35,745 nt of DNA from the NCBI GenBank assembly GCA_900617105.1, contig UYFQ01000510.1:62001-97745 (forward strand). The letters run 5' to 3'. Made by a program: the position numbers and the translations under genes. Positions 18,024 through 29,100 of this stretch are shown one piece after another (positions within the stretch are counted from its first letter, which is position 1; each line of letters starts with the position of its first letter). The notes beneath the pieces are model-generated. The model ran no database searches. It saw nothing but the letters and a program-made list of their open reading frames with translations, and was not told where the DNA came from. Source of the DNA: Hydrurus foetidus. Lineage: Eukaryota.

Positions 18024-19020
18024 TAGAGTGGTTTACCTTTATAAGCACACCTGATTTCAAAAAATTCTAGGACCCGGAGTTTTTATCACACTCTAATTCT
18101 GAGTACGTTTTTGAACTCGTCTGTGTCTGAAGAAAAATGTAGGCTATTTTTTTATTTTTTCTGATGACTGGAAAGGCTTCAAACCAGGGGGGTCTAAATG
18201 TTGGATGCTACCCCTGTGCTTAAATAGAATTAATTAGATGAAATACACGGAAATGGGTCAAAATCCGTATTCAAATAACCGTTTACGAATTTCCTTATAC
18301 GGTACTTTAACGGGATCCGGCTAAATTTTCTCGTTTCCGGTAAAATATTTTATCGTAACCGGCTAGATACGGCCACACCTTGGTGCACTGGAAGCTGCTG
18401 AACATAATGCATGGTCTTGCATTTCAAAGTGTTTAAAAGTAGCATCGAAGGGAAGTTTAAATCGTTCTTGTTGTGATAAAAGAAATGGCGACAAATGCTT
18501 TTTCGTTGATGATGGGAGCTGCGCGGGCTATTATAAAGCCGATACCTCCACCTGCACCAGCTGTCGATCATGTTGTAAAAAAAAAGTTGGGAAGGCCTCC
18601 TACTGCAAAGAAAACGGCTGATTTAATTCCAATAGCAAAGAATCTAAGTTTCAACGGTGGGATGAAGGGCAGGCGAGGCTACCATACTGGCGATGAGAAA
18701 TTTCGCATGGAATTCGCTCTGCGAGTTCTTCTGAAGGCGAAAGGCAAAAACTGTAAGAGAACCTCCGTAACGTATCAAACAATACTGCTAAATACTCTCT
18801 CCGCTTTATTCTATACTATCGCGAAAGACTTATACGAGGCCTAACGGCGCAGTTGCCCAGTCGCACCATTAAGTATACGGAGTATACAGAATACGGAATA
18901 TCGAATACGGAATACAAAATGCGGAATACAGAATACAAATTATCGTACTAAAATTCGTATTCCCAGGAAATTTAGTGTGCTCTTAATTGAAAATTAAGAA
19001 ACAATAGGTCAACCACTCTA
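18024..19020 (+). mobile_element. ~1 kb non-autonomous DNA transposon (probable Tc1/mariner-pogo superfamily deletion derivative)
   Basis: Inverted termini TAGAGTGGTTTACCT (18024-) and AGGTCAACCACTCTA (-19020), 14/15 match; the outer TA can be read as a TA target duplication. Shared subterminal AGCACAC..A.TTTC motif in inverted orientation. GAATACGG-type repeats occur at 18875-18945 and inverted near 18265. Confidence 0.7.
18485..18844 (+). pseudogene. Truncated transposase-like N-terminus: AT-hook plus pipsqueak-type HTH, no catalytic domain
   Basis: 'KKKLGRPP' AT-hook, then 'RGYHTGDEKFRMEFALRVLLKAKGKNCKRTSVTYQTILLNTL', resembling HTH_psq of pogo-like transposases. Lies inside the TIR element. 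Confidence 0.5.
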
Positions 19021-19026
19021 CAGTAC

Positions 19027-19438
19027 CTATGGAGGTGGAGGTGTACACCTTCCGCGCCCACGTCCCATTCGAAATCGAGAGGAACCGAAGACTCCGCACC
19101 GTGTAAGAACTGAGACGCAGTAGTTATGTAACCAATGATAAATGATAAATGACAAATCTTATTTATTACTTCTCAGCAGGATTACTGAGTTACTTTGAGG
19201 AATCAAATCTCATCGATGATTGTGATGTATATGTTAGCAACCAATTACTTATTATTCAATTTATTATGTATTTATTTTGAGACGTTCAAGTCAATATGTA
19301 GCACTGCAAACAGACATAAAAGGCGGCGAGCATAACTTCATCAGAGGTTGTTTACTTTTAATTCATTTGTTGGAAGTACTGCGTAGTTAGGACATACTAT
19401 GGCGTAGAGCCAAGATATTTAGTGCGTCATTCCATGTG
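19027..19438 (+). repeat. ~410 bp direct repeat, copy B (partner 14913-15324)
   Basis: Same sequence as 14913-15324; begins about 6 bp after the right TIR at 19020. Confidence 0.95.
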
Positions 19439-20599
19439 AACCTCGTTTTGTCCATCATCAAATTTAAACCAAAAATGCCATGGAATCACATTCCAGTATC
19501 CAGTAGTTCTTACTAAAAACTAAACATTATTTCCTCCAATTTAATATCATATGACGGAAGAGGCTGCAGGATCTCGAAACTATCAGCCGTACTAGTGTAC
19601 CGTACCGGCACCCGAGAAATTCGACAGTATACCGCGCACGGTGTTCGCTTTTGGAGGCCAACATGGAGTCATCATTTATAATGCACGTTTCAAATTACTG
19701 AATAAGATCGATGTGGAAAGACTTCATAGAGTACTTTCGAGCACACCACGAGGCTAGGCGAGACGAAGATTGCCCTTACCTATTCCCTGAGCCAATTATT
19801 AAGTATAAGCATAGTGAAATCATGTTTTGCGCTGAGGAACATAGTGAAGTCATGATTTACGTTTGGAAGCAACGTGTCCTAGACATTCCTACGATTCATA
19901 GTTTCTTCTCTTCGACCTCAGACGTACTCCCCTCAGGCGTGATGGTTTTCAATAAAATGGATGCAGGCATATTTCATCGTACTATTTCCCTCAAGGGCAT
20001 TTATAGCTGTCCCACTATTTGATATCGATGTTTTGAAATACAAAATTTTAGTAGCCTCAGCAGTTTATCGAAAATATGTCGGGACGGCATATAGTATCTC
20101 ATAAGAGTAAGCTAAGCCACATTACTGTGGCGAAGATTTCTGTTCGAACCCATACAGAATGTTTGTTTAAATGTCGTCTATTACGGCATTCTTAAGATAT
20201 GCATCATCACCTCCCTCCAGAAAATGTTGTGGCGTGGCTGCATGTGACGGGAAGAATAAACTATGCGTGAGAACTTTCGATGTCAGAGACAAAAATTAGA
20301 ATTCTTCGATTCAAAAACGGTACCATCGTTATCTTACGTTACGGATTACAATAATTCGGGACGGAATTGGTTGCTCCTGGGTTCCAGTGTTTAGTGTTAT
20401 AAGTTAGAGGTATACGTAGCGACATGGAGGCCATAACGGCGGGAAACAAGTACTCTTTATACAAATATAAACATAAACGTAACGTCTGATAGTTTTCAAT
20501 GGCTATTCCCAATCAAGGGGAATAGCATGGCTACCGGAGAAAAAAAAATTCAACATCATCACCAGAAAATGGCATCCTCATTCAGCCTTGTCTCATGAA

Positions 20600-21139
20600 T
20601 TAAACATATCCACCCGTCTTCTTTATCGATTCAACAATCTCACAGAAACCGCGGTACATGATCATTTGATCCTGTTCCGATTCAGCTTGCAAGTCAAGCG
20701 TGCTATTGGGAGATATCAAAGATACGCACAGTCCCCCGCTCACGTTGACTTTGACTAAGTTTTTCGTTGATTTCCCCTCATAGACGAACAACACTCCGGC
20801 TAGATCCAGTTTATACTTTTTGTTCGGTGACATCTCCTGTGTTTCCCAGCGAACCTCGTTCTTCTGCAATGAAAACCTCACTTTTTTCGGTCCTTTACTC
20901 GTATGTAAAGTAACAATTTTTCCTGTTCCCAACAGATCCTTTAATTTTTTAGTATATACTCGCGAGGAAATTAGAGGTACTCCCTCACCATTCTTGCGGG
21001 TTCCTTTCCTTCGGAACCCACAGCAGCAATAAATACTTAAGCATACCAGCATCAAGAGTACGAGTGCGATGGTTGAGTAAACAGTGTATGTTTGCCAAGT
21101 ATTGAGAGGCCCAAAATTGTGCATCGTGGCACTGAACAT
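20600..21139 (-). CDS. Single-exon single-pass membrane protein with a Cys cluster and a C-terminal PLC/PRAF-type PH domain
   Basis: Hydrophobic segment TVYSTIALVLLMLVCLSIY followed by CCC and basic GFRRKGTRK. PH-like signature 'LDLAGVLFVYEGKSTKNL...LCVSLISPNSTLDLQAESEQD'. First ATG at 21139 (alternative 21124). Confidence 0.78.
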   Translation of the reverse strand: MFSATMHNFGPLNTWQTYTVYSTIALVLLMLVCLSIYCCCGFRRKGTRKNGEGVPLISSRVYTKKLKDLLGTGKIVTLHTSKGPKKVRFSLQKNEVRWETQEMSPNKKYKLDLAGVLFVYEGKSTKNLVKVNVSGGLCVSLISPNSTLDLQAESEQDQMIMYRGFCEIVESIKKTGGYV

Positions 21140-21387
21140 ATTGACCACAATCCTTTAGACTCGACGCAGTTGGATGATTTGATCTGATGTGCTTCTCTCT
21201 CCCACAACAGTACTGTTAGAGTTGTTCACGACCCAACCCATCACAGAACTGGTTCAAAAGCAAAATTTTGACACTGGCTGGCAAAACCGTACAAGGAATC
21301 GAACTGAAAAATCAAATTTTGAATTTTGGCTCGCGTACGGCTTACATATGTACATACGGTGTGGTCTGTGGTCCAGAGAGGCCTGGA

Positions 21388-21426
21388 TTGCTGGCTGGCT
21401 GGCTGACTGGCTGGCTGGCTGGCTGG
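21388..21426. repeat. (GCTG)n microsatellite
   Basis: Direct reading. Confidence 0.9.
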
Positions 21427-23115
21427 TCCTTATCGATCGGCTAACTGGAAATGCATAATCAAATATAAACGGGGGGAGAGCCAAAACACGGACAAAGTCA
21501 TGCTCTCAAGTAGGTCTACACTCTCGTATATTCAATGTAGTTCGTTGTTACATTTTGGATGCTCATATGTTATATGTTATGCCTGCAACCTTGAATCCAT
21601 ACATATGCCGAAAGAATTGAACCGTAGAACTGACTACTTTCGGCTCCATCTGTTATAAAATTTTCATCTAATGAATTTCCCCAGCAATCAACCACAAATT
21701 AACAAGTTTTATTTACAAGAAAATGCCAATAATCGTTCATTTACAAGTGTTGTTTTCCATTTCCTTCGAAGAAATGCAAAAAATTAGTGTCCTTGTACAT
21801 TCGATTATCAATGAAATAAGTTTCTTTCAACTTACATCTCCTTTGAACCCCCTACGTTACACCCATGTGGAGGTGCTGTTTTAAAGATCACAGACATCTA
21901 AATCGGGTAGGTACATTTGCAACTCAAGTCGTCAGAATTATGGCATTTCATATTTCAGAACCTTGTGTGAGTTGTTGATAGGTCCGGATCTTGTGTGCGC
22001 GCACGAAATACTACAGATATCCACCGCTTCCTATTTATGAGGGTAAACTAAAGAATTCATTGACGACACCATAAATTGGAGATGCATAGGAACTGGGAAC
22101 TATTCGGAAAATTATTACACATAACGCTCAATAAATCAGATCCTAATGCAGGAGGGGGTCTTACAGGCAAATATATCGTATGCGGTAGTATAGCGTGTGG
22201 AGTGTACTGTACGACCATGAACACATCTCAACAGCTCGTGGATCTCGAGAACCGAGATCTTTATCGCTGGCACAGTGTCGACTGATGATAGCTCATCAGA
22301 CGAGAAGGCGACGAAGTGGGCTAGCTTTGTAAGATTCGCGAGACAAACTGGTTTAACTTCAAGTATACTCTGAGACACTCTTCAAATTCCAGGCTTGGTC
22401 CAGGGTCTTGAGTACGTAAAACGGTCAATCGAGTCGTACTATGAAGTCCAGCGGTGGCGGAATCTTGAACCCAACCGTTACCCAACCGCACATATTTTCA
22501 ACCTGCCCAACTCTCACCACGGCAGCTACAATTACTACCACAACACAACTGATTCTGAACCAATCGGGACGCCCCTTGGCAATCTAGTTCGCCATCGTCA
22601 TCCTCAGTTGCGGATGAATTTTCGGGACGAAACGAGCTGAATTTGGAATTTATTTTGTTTAATATCTTGGGATCAGATCGGTCCTCAACAGCAAAAATTC
22701 AGCAGACAATTATGAAGCGAGGATGAGGGCTACGAACAAAACAAAATGGGCAAAAAAATCAGAGGACTGCTCTACAATCATGATAACTTCCCACGCAATT
22801 TGTTAAGCTAATCCGCTCTCGCGGGATTAGTAATGAAGAAGAAGTAATGAATATTTCGAAAATAATAGGTTGCTAACGTTCAGTTTTGAAAGATCGTGGG
22901 TTCAGGATAACGGTTGGGTTCAAGATTCCGCCACCGCTGGAAGTTGTTGTTGTTCGTGTTCTTCTTCATCTCCGATCGATCCTCTGATAAACCAATATCG
23001 ATATCAAGATCAAAACATGTGCAGACAATTACCAATCAAATTTCACTCAGATTGCGCGCACAAGGTGTGAGTGAGCGAGGTGATCTGAGTGTCGCTGTTG
23101 TGCGGCTCGCTACAG

Positions 23116-26100
23116 AAGAGAGTTGAGGTGACAGCGCCTTCGCCCAATTTATCTTACACTTACGTAGTTCAAAGAGTATTAGCAGTCATTAACGGTCAGC
23201 ACAGCGACGGAAGCTGGGTGCCAGTCAACCTCAAAGTGGCTTTCCAGGAAGTTGGTGCTTTCCGAAATTGAGGAACGGCATGTGATCAGAGTTCAGAAAT
23301 GAATTTAGGGAGCTACCGCTGAATGAGATAACGCATTGACTTTTCATAAATTGCACGTAAGATTGTAGCTATGACAGCACTAAGAAGCTTGGTTGCCAAC
23401 GTCATCGATATAACCAGAGACGCTTACTTTGTGGGGGTATCGGGGCAGTATGGCAGATGTCTTCATTTGCCTATCCTTGGTAATCTGCACAATATCTGCT
23501 TGCGTGAGGAGGACGATAACGTTGGTTACTTCAAGGATTTAAGGGAGCTATTCTTGAGTTTCACAGAAGCCGACGTCTGCCCTGCTGTCAAGCTCAAGAG
23601 CGTTGATGCATCATCTCCTGCTGACGAAAATATGAGAAAACATCAAGTGGATGTCTTCATTGCTCTTGTGTTGGAAGTCCGAAGGAGTGGTGTGTCCTCC
23701 ATTGAGCTAGCAGCACCAGCTCTACTTGCATTATTGATGCTACTTAAGTCTCACTTTGAGTCTGCCACACTTTTTACTGCGGAGTTTTTGGCGATACTTG
23801 TTTCTCTGCTAAACTCTGACGATGGTGCAGAGATACAGTCCTCACTAAATTACGGGAGCACCGCTTGTTCGATAGCAGAAGATATTATACTGACCATCAT
23901 TCAGAGAAGACCGCGGAATTTCGAGATGCTTTTAGATGTGGTGTTTAGCAGCTTACGAGGGGAGCCGTCAGTTTATTGCAGCGTGTCGCAGACATCGATA
24001 CTGAGCCAAGCTCTCGGCTCTTACTTGCTGACAGCCTTACCTACGATAGTAGCCCACTCTATCAAAAAGACAAGCGTTTCGTCGGAACGTGAGCTGCTTG
24101 GGCTGAGCAAAGCCAAGGCAGACAGGGCGTGGAGAACGAGCTTGAATTTAGGTGATATACTAGAACTTAACACCTACGATGAACCCTACTGTTGGACAAG
24201 TGCTAGCATCGTGAAAATTAATCACAAGACGGACACATTCACTTTGGAATATCGCACAAGTGCGCTATCTACCCTCGACACTGAAGGCATCACCTCCAAC
24301 GTAGCGGCATCTCAGCTACTGTTAGTCCAAGTTGCAAGGAGCACCATTCGCATTCGTCCAGTCCCTGGTACTACTGAGGGAAGCCAATCCTGTAGCAGAA
24401 ATTTCCATGTTACTAGCGGATGGGACAATGGGCACAGCCGAGTGCATGACACAGCAGCGAGTGCCGACGCGTGTGAGGAGTCGTACGGTGAGCTGGAGGA
24501 TGCCCAGTACCGAGTAACCAGCAACCATAGACTAGCAGTAGGTCTCGTGTTCAACTCCATGAATTCAGAAGCAAGATCCGCACTAAAATGTGGAATATCA
24601 ACTCCAGAAGAGAAGTCAAACAGCACTGCATCTTTTTCAGCGGGGTCATGTTCCGGCACTGCGAGTGATTTGCGCCTGTACGGTATATCCGACATGGTTG
24701 AGCTGATCGTCAAACTGGATAAAGCCAAGAAGAAAAATCTGAGTATGGTAAGTTTGAGCGGAGAGGCTTTGAGAGGCGTGTGCAGTGCCGAGAATGAGGA
24801 GAAGAAAAAGGATGAGAAAGACAGCTGTGGAGTTATCTGCGATCTGTTCGACTGTGCATCGTCCATCTTCAAGCGGGTGAGTGAGTGAGTGAGTGAATGT
24901 TGAATGATTCTTGCGTGCATCTCAATAATTAATTGCATTGCTCCTCTGTATGGCTGTCTTATTCGTCTCTTCAATCGGCACTCACCAGTCTATGCAGTCT
25001 GATGTCTCGAGTCATCACAGCGGACAGGACCGCCATCCCCACCGTCTCGATGACGACTACTACATACGCAAATACGAAACAAGCAACGCAGTGATACCTG
25101 CTGACGGATGCGAGTGGGTGCTTGACGAGGACGATGACGAGCCCATAGAGGGACTCCCTGTCAGCGGTGACGGTGCGGAGCATTCTAAGGAGTCCCTCTC
25201 TGCACTAGCGGCTATTGTCGGATCTACGGAGGGCACAGCGGCATCGAATGGTCTCGAAGAAGAACAAGAGCATGAGCCGCAGAACATGGCCTTCGCTGCT
25301 GCCATCAGATGGGCTCTAAGGGCTAGAAACCTGGATATGGGTGCTGGAGGAGGAGGAGGAGGCGCAGAAGAAATCGATGGGGCCGATGAAGGTGTGGGTC
25401 GAGATATCCTAGTGGACAGAGTGGATCAAGAAGTCAACAGAGCGAGGGAGCTCATCATAGAGGCGGACAGACACGCAAGACAAGCGGAGGATGACGTCAG
25501 AAGGGATCTTGGATCTGGGTCTGGAATCAGGGCAACATCCTCTAGAGGGGGACTTGAGAGAAGGATAAGAAGGAGGGAGAAGAACAATTGCAGAGACAAA
25601 CTGTTGGGGGAGAGGAGACCTAACACAGCTCCGCCGTTGTTACCACTTGACACTCCTATCCGTCCCGACACTAATCCGAAAGATTTCATCTCTGCTGTGG
25701 TCGTAGATACGGTACTCAACGAAGTCGCATGCGCACTTGACAGCATCGCTTTAGCTTTAGTGCCTTTATTTTTATCAGCCCGCAAGACGAAGAAGTCAAG
25801 CAAGGGCAGTGTCTGTGCAGCCAGCGCGTACAAGATGAGAGCTGTAGAGAGGAAGGGTCTCGAAGTGGTGAGGAGCATCGTCAACAGTTCGTACCGCAAG
25901 CTATTGGTGTCCGGAGTATTCAAGATGTTGATGGTGCACTGCGGTCTGAGGGTCAAGTGGGCCACGGAGAAGGCGATGCACAGGTAAGGGCCGTTGAATA
26001 GAATTGTCATCACTGCTGCTATTACCAGGACAGAATAAAATGTCCAATACAGAGAATGAAAACAGGTTTGAGCGCTGTTGAAATCACCATTTCATTTCCA

Positions 26101-29100
26101 CCTCGGATTCGCTCATATTTACTGGACATTTTATTCTGTCCTGGTAATATGTTAACCACGTAAAATCATATTTTACCACTGTATACGATTCAACGCGCTT
26201 AATGGAGCGAATCCGCTGTGTTACTATTGGTCGCTCAGTTGTCTGCAGAACGCAATGTCACAGTGATATGTCTTTCATTCGCCATAGTATAAATGGATTT
26301 TACCATCTGTCATCCTGTCCAATAATTCTCCAACCAAACTTTTTATCTATCACATCACCTCATATCACATCACCTCATATCACATCACATTACATCATGT
26401 CACCTTACATCACATCATATCACCTTATATCTGATCGCATCAAATGACACCATGGTACATCTCATCATGCTATGTCACAACACCTCACACCCCATCACAT
26501 GATGTCTACTGATATCAGAGAGGACTTAGTGCTGATAGCCAAGAGCTGCGACCCCTTCCTCAGCTCCATGGATTACATATTCGCACTGCAAGACTCGTAC
26601 AGCCACGTCTTCTCCCTCATTTTTAGAGAAGCAGAAGGGGAGCATCTTATCAGCTCTAGCAGTGGTAGAGGGAGAGGGAGTGAACAGATGTATACAACCG
26701 CTTTGAAACATCTGGAGGACAAGTTACACGGAACTGTTCGAACTCTAGGATATGAAGCACTGGTGAACTCTTTCATTGAAAGGGCCTGCAAGACATCGGA
26801 TAGCTCAGCATCATCATCAGCACCAGGGGGTGATTCTCTTCTTGGCAGCATAGATTGCAGTGCGTCATCGCCATCGGCTGATTTAACCTTCAAGTCTGCT
26901 CTCAAATGCCACGTATTAAATGGTGAGGAAAAGTTCTCAAAGAGCTGCGTGGAGACCAGGAAAGTTGTCAGACTACTTGCTCAGCATTGCTCACCTGCCA
27001 ATCTAGCACTCATAGAAATGCTGTGGAGAGATGTGATAGCGGAGTCGGTGCTTACACTGTGCTCTCCCCTACACCCTCCCAGCTCACTCTACTACAACAA
27101 CACCCCCAGTCCATCACCCCACACAGAAGAGTTCTACGTTGGCACCAGCAGATCAGGTGCAGGTGTGGCGTATGGAATCAATGCGGTACCGGGGTCCCCC
27201 TTATCTTCAGCAGTATCAGCCGCAATTGCAAGCCAAATACGGCCAACACACACAGACACTCCGGAGATGTTCGCTTCAACTCTCGTGGACAACCTTCTAG
27301 CACATCTCTCTAAAGCAAGAGAAGCGAGCAGAGTGGATCTTCGCTGTGTAGGGTGCAGCATGTCGGCAGATCTCGCTTTTGCTGTCGCTTATAGACGGCT
27401 ACCTGGAGACTGTGGTGTGGAGCTTGCGAAGGCATTGGCTGTGAAACTGTCCACTTTATTAGACCACTCAAAATCATCTTCAACAGGGGGAAACATGAAT
27501 AGCACCCACCCTCCACTGCATCAAATTGCAGACCTCATCAGAGTACTATTCACGCAAACGTCAGTGGAGTTTCAGCACTTCTACGAGATGTTGTTGGCGA
27601 GAAGGTTGTTGAAGTGCAAATACTCCTCACTGGGTAATGAGAGAGAAATGATCAAATTATTACCGGCACTTGACAAAAGCCTGTTGATGATAAAGTAAGT
27701 ACATATTGCTTAATTAACGTACAATGCACTGCTTTATTATTGCCTCATAATTGGATGTGATAATCCCTACTTATTAGGGATATCGAGCAAACGGGTCCTA
27801 CTATGGTTGCCTTCAAGAGATATTTGATGAACCGTATGGACCGCAGCTACTCCCCTCTGTCCCTCTCCCCCACCGCGTCCTCCCTGGTATTCGGAGAAAG
27901 AGGCGGGAGACCCTCTGTGAGTGAAGGGGGAGGAATGAGGGCGGGGGCGGGGGTCAGGGATGGAGAAGGGGCATTCACAGTGCATGTGGTGGCAGGAGGG
28001 GTGTGGCCTGCTCACTTGCTAACTCCAACCGCCTTCACCTCTCTTGTGCTGCCCGCGGAGGTTTTGGAGATAAAGAATGATTTCGAAGCACACTTTGCGA
28101 TCTCTAATCAACCATCCAACACTGCCAGTAATACGCGCAATGAAGAGTATCACAGCCTGTCTCCCTCTCCCGTCTACCTCATTTTAGATGGGGCTGTCGG
28201 ACAGCTCACAGATATCAATGGAGACTACGAAGAAATGGTGGGTCATGCGGATGAGAGTGAACCTATATACGTGAAGAAATTAGATAGCAAATGGATTATT
28301 GCGTACTCCTCCGAACTCGATTCATGGTCTGTGAAGTTGAAGGCATTGAAAGAGTCTCCCATCTATGTCGCATGCTGCAAATTAGACGCCTCCTCGAAAG
28401 GAAGAAAGGCCTCTAGAGATGTTGAGCTGTCTCCCAGACCCCCTGTAGGGATTCCATGGATGGTTCTAGGTCCGCACAATACATTGACAGAGAGCTCCAT
28501 CATTCTGAGCTACTCCACTGCAACTGCTAGGGAACACTACACTGCAGGGTCTCTCATCTACAGCAACTCCGAGGCTCCACAGAAGTCGCTACGTAGACTC
28601 ATTTGGTGCCATGCTGCCAGCACAGCAGTTCTGTCCGTGCGTCTGAACAATGACTGCCATGCGTACGTTCACTCTTCTGTACCTCAGGCGACAGTCATAC
28701 TAGCCTTCAGGGATTCTCTGTCAAATTCTCTCACTGTAAGGCAGATATGCAGTGCAGTGGGACTAAGTCTGAAAGACGCTCAGAAGGTACTCACAATACT
28801 CTCCAGTAAAGCATCTCCTATACTCGTCCACCACCCATCAAACTCTCCTCAATTCAGCCGATTCTGTACAGCTGCTTTTTCTACCCCACCCCGTCATCGA
28901 TCCGCCCCCCAATTCAACGGAAGAACCCTTGACGGGTTTTCCCCTTTGGCTGCCTGTTCCCCCAGGGGATCCGTCATCATGAGTAGTTACGGGAATAATA
29001 ACGGGAATGGTGGTAGTGCGGTAGAGATCAGTATGGATGACGTATTCACTCTGAACAAAGAGCTGCTACGCGGCAATCTAGGAGGACTCACAGAGAACTC

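Noticed and set aside
18016..19028. hAT assignment from TAGAG termini
   Set aside because: No 8-bp target duplication, and the internal ORF looks psq-HTH-like rather than BED-finger; not fully excluded if the right flank was rearranged.
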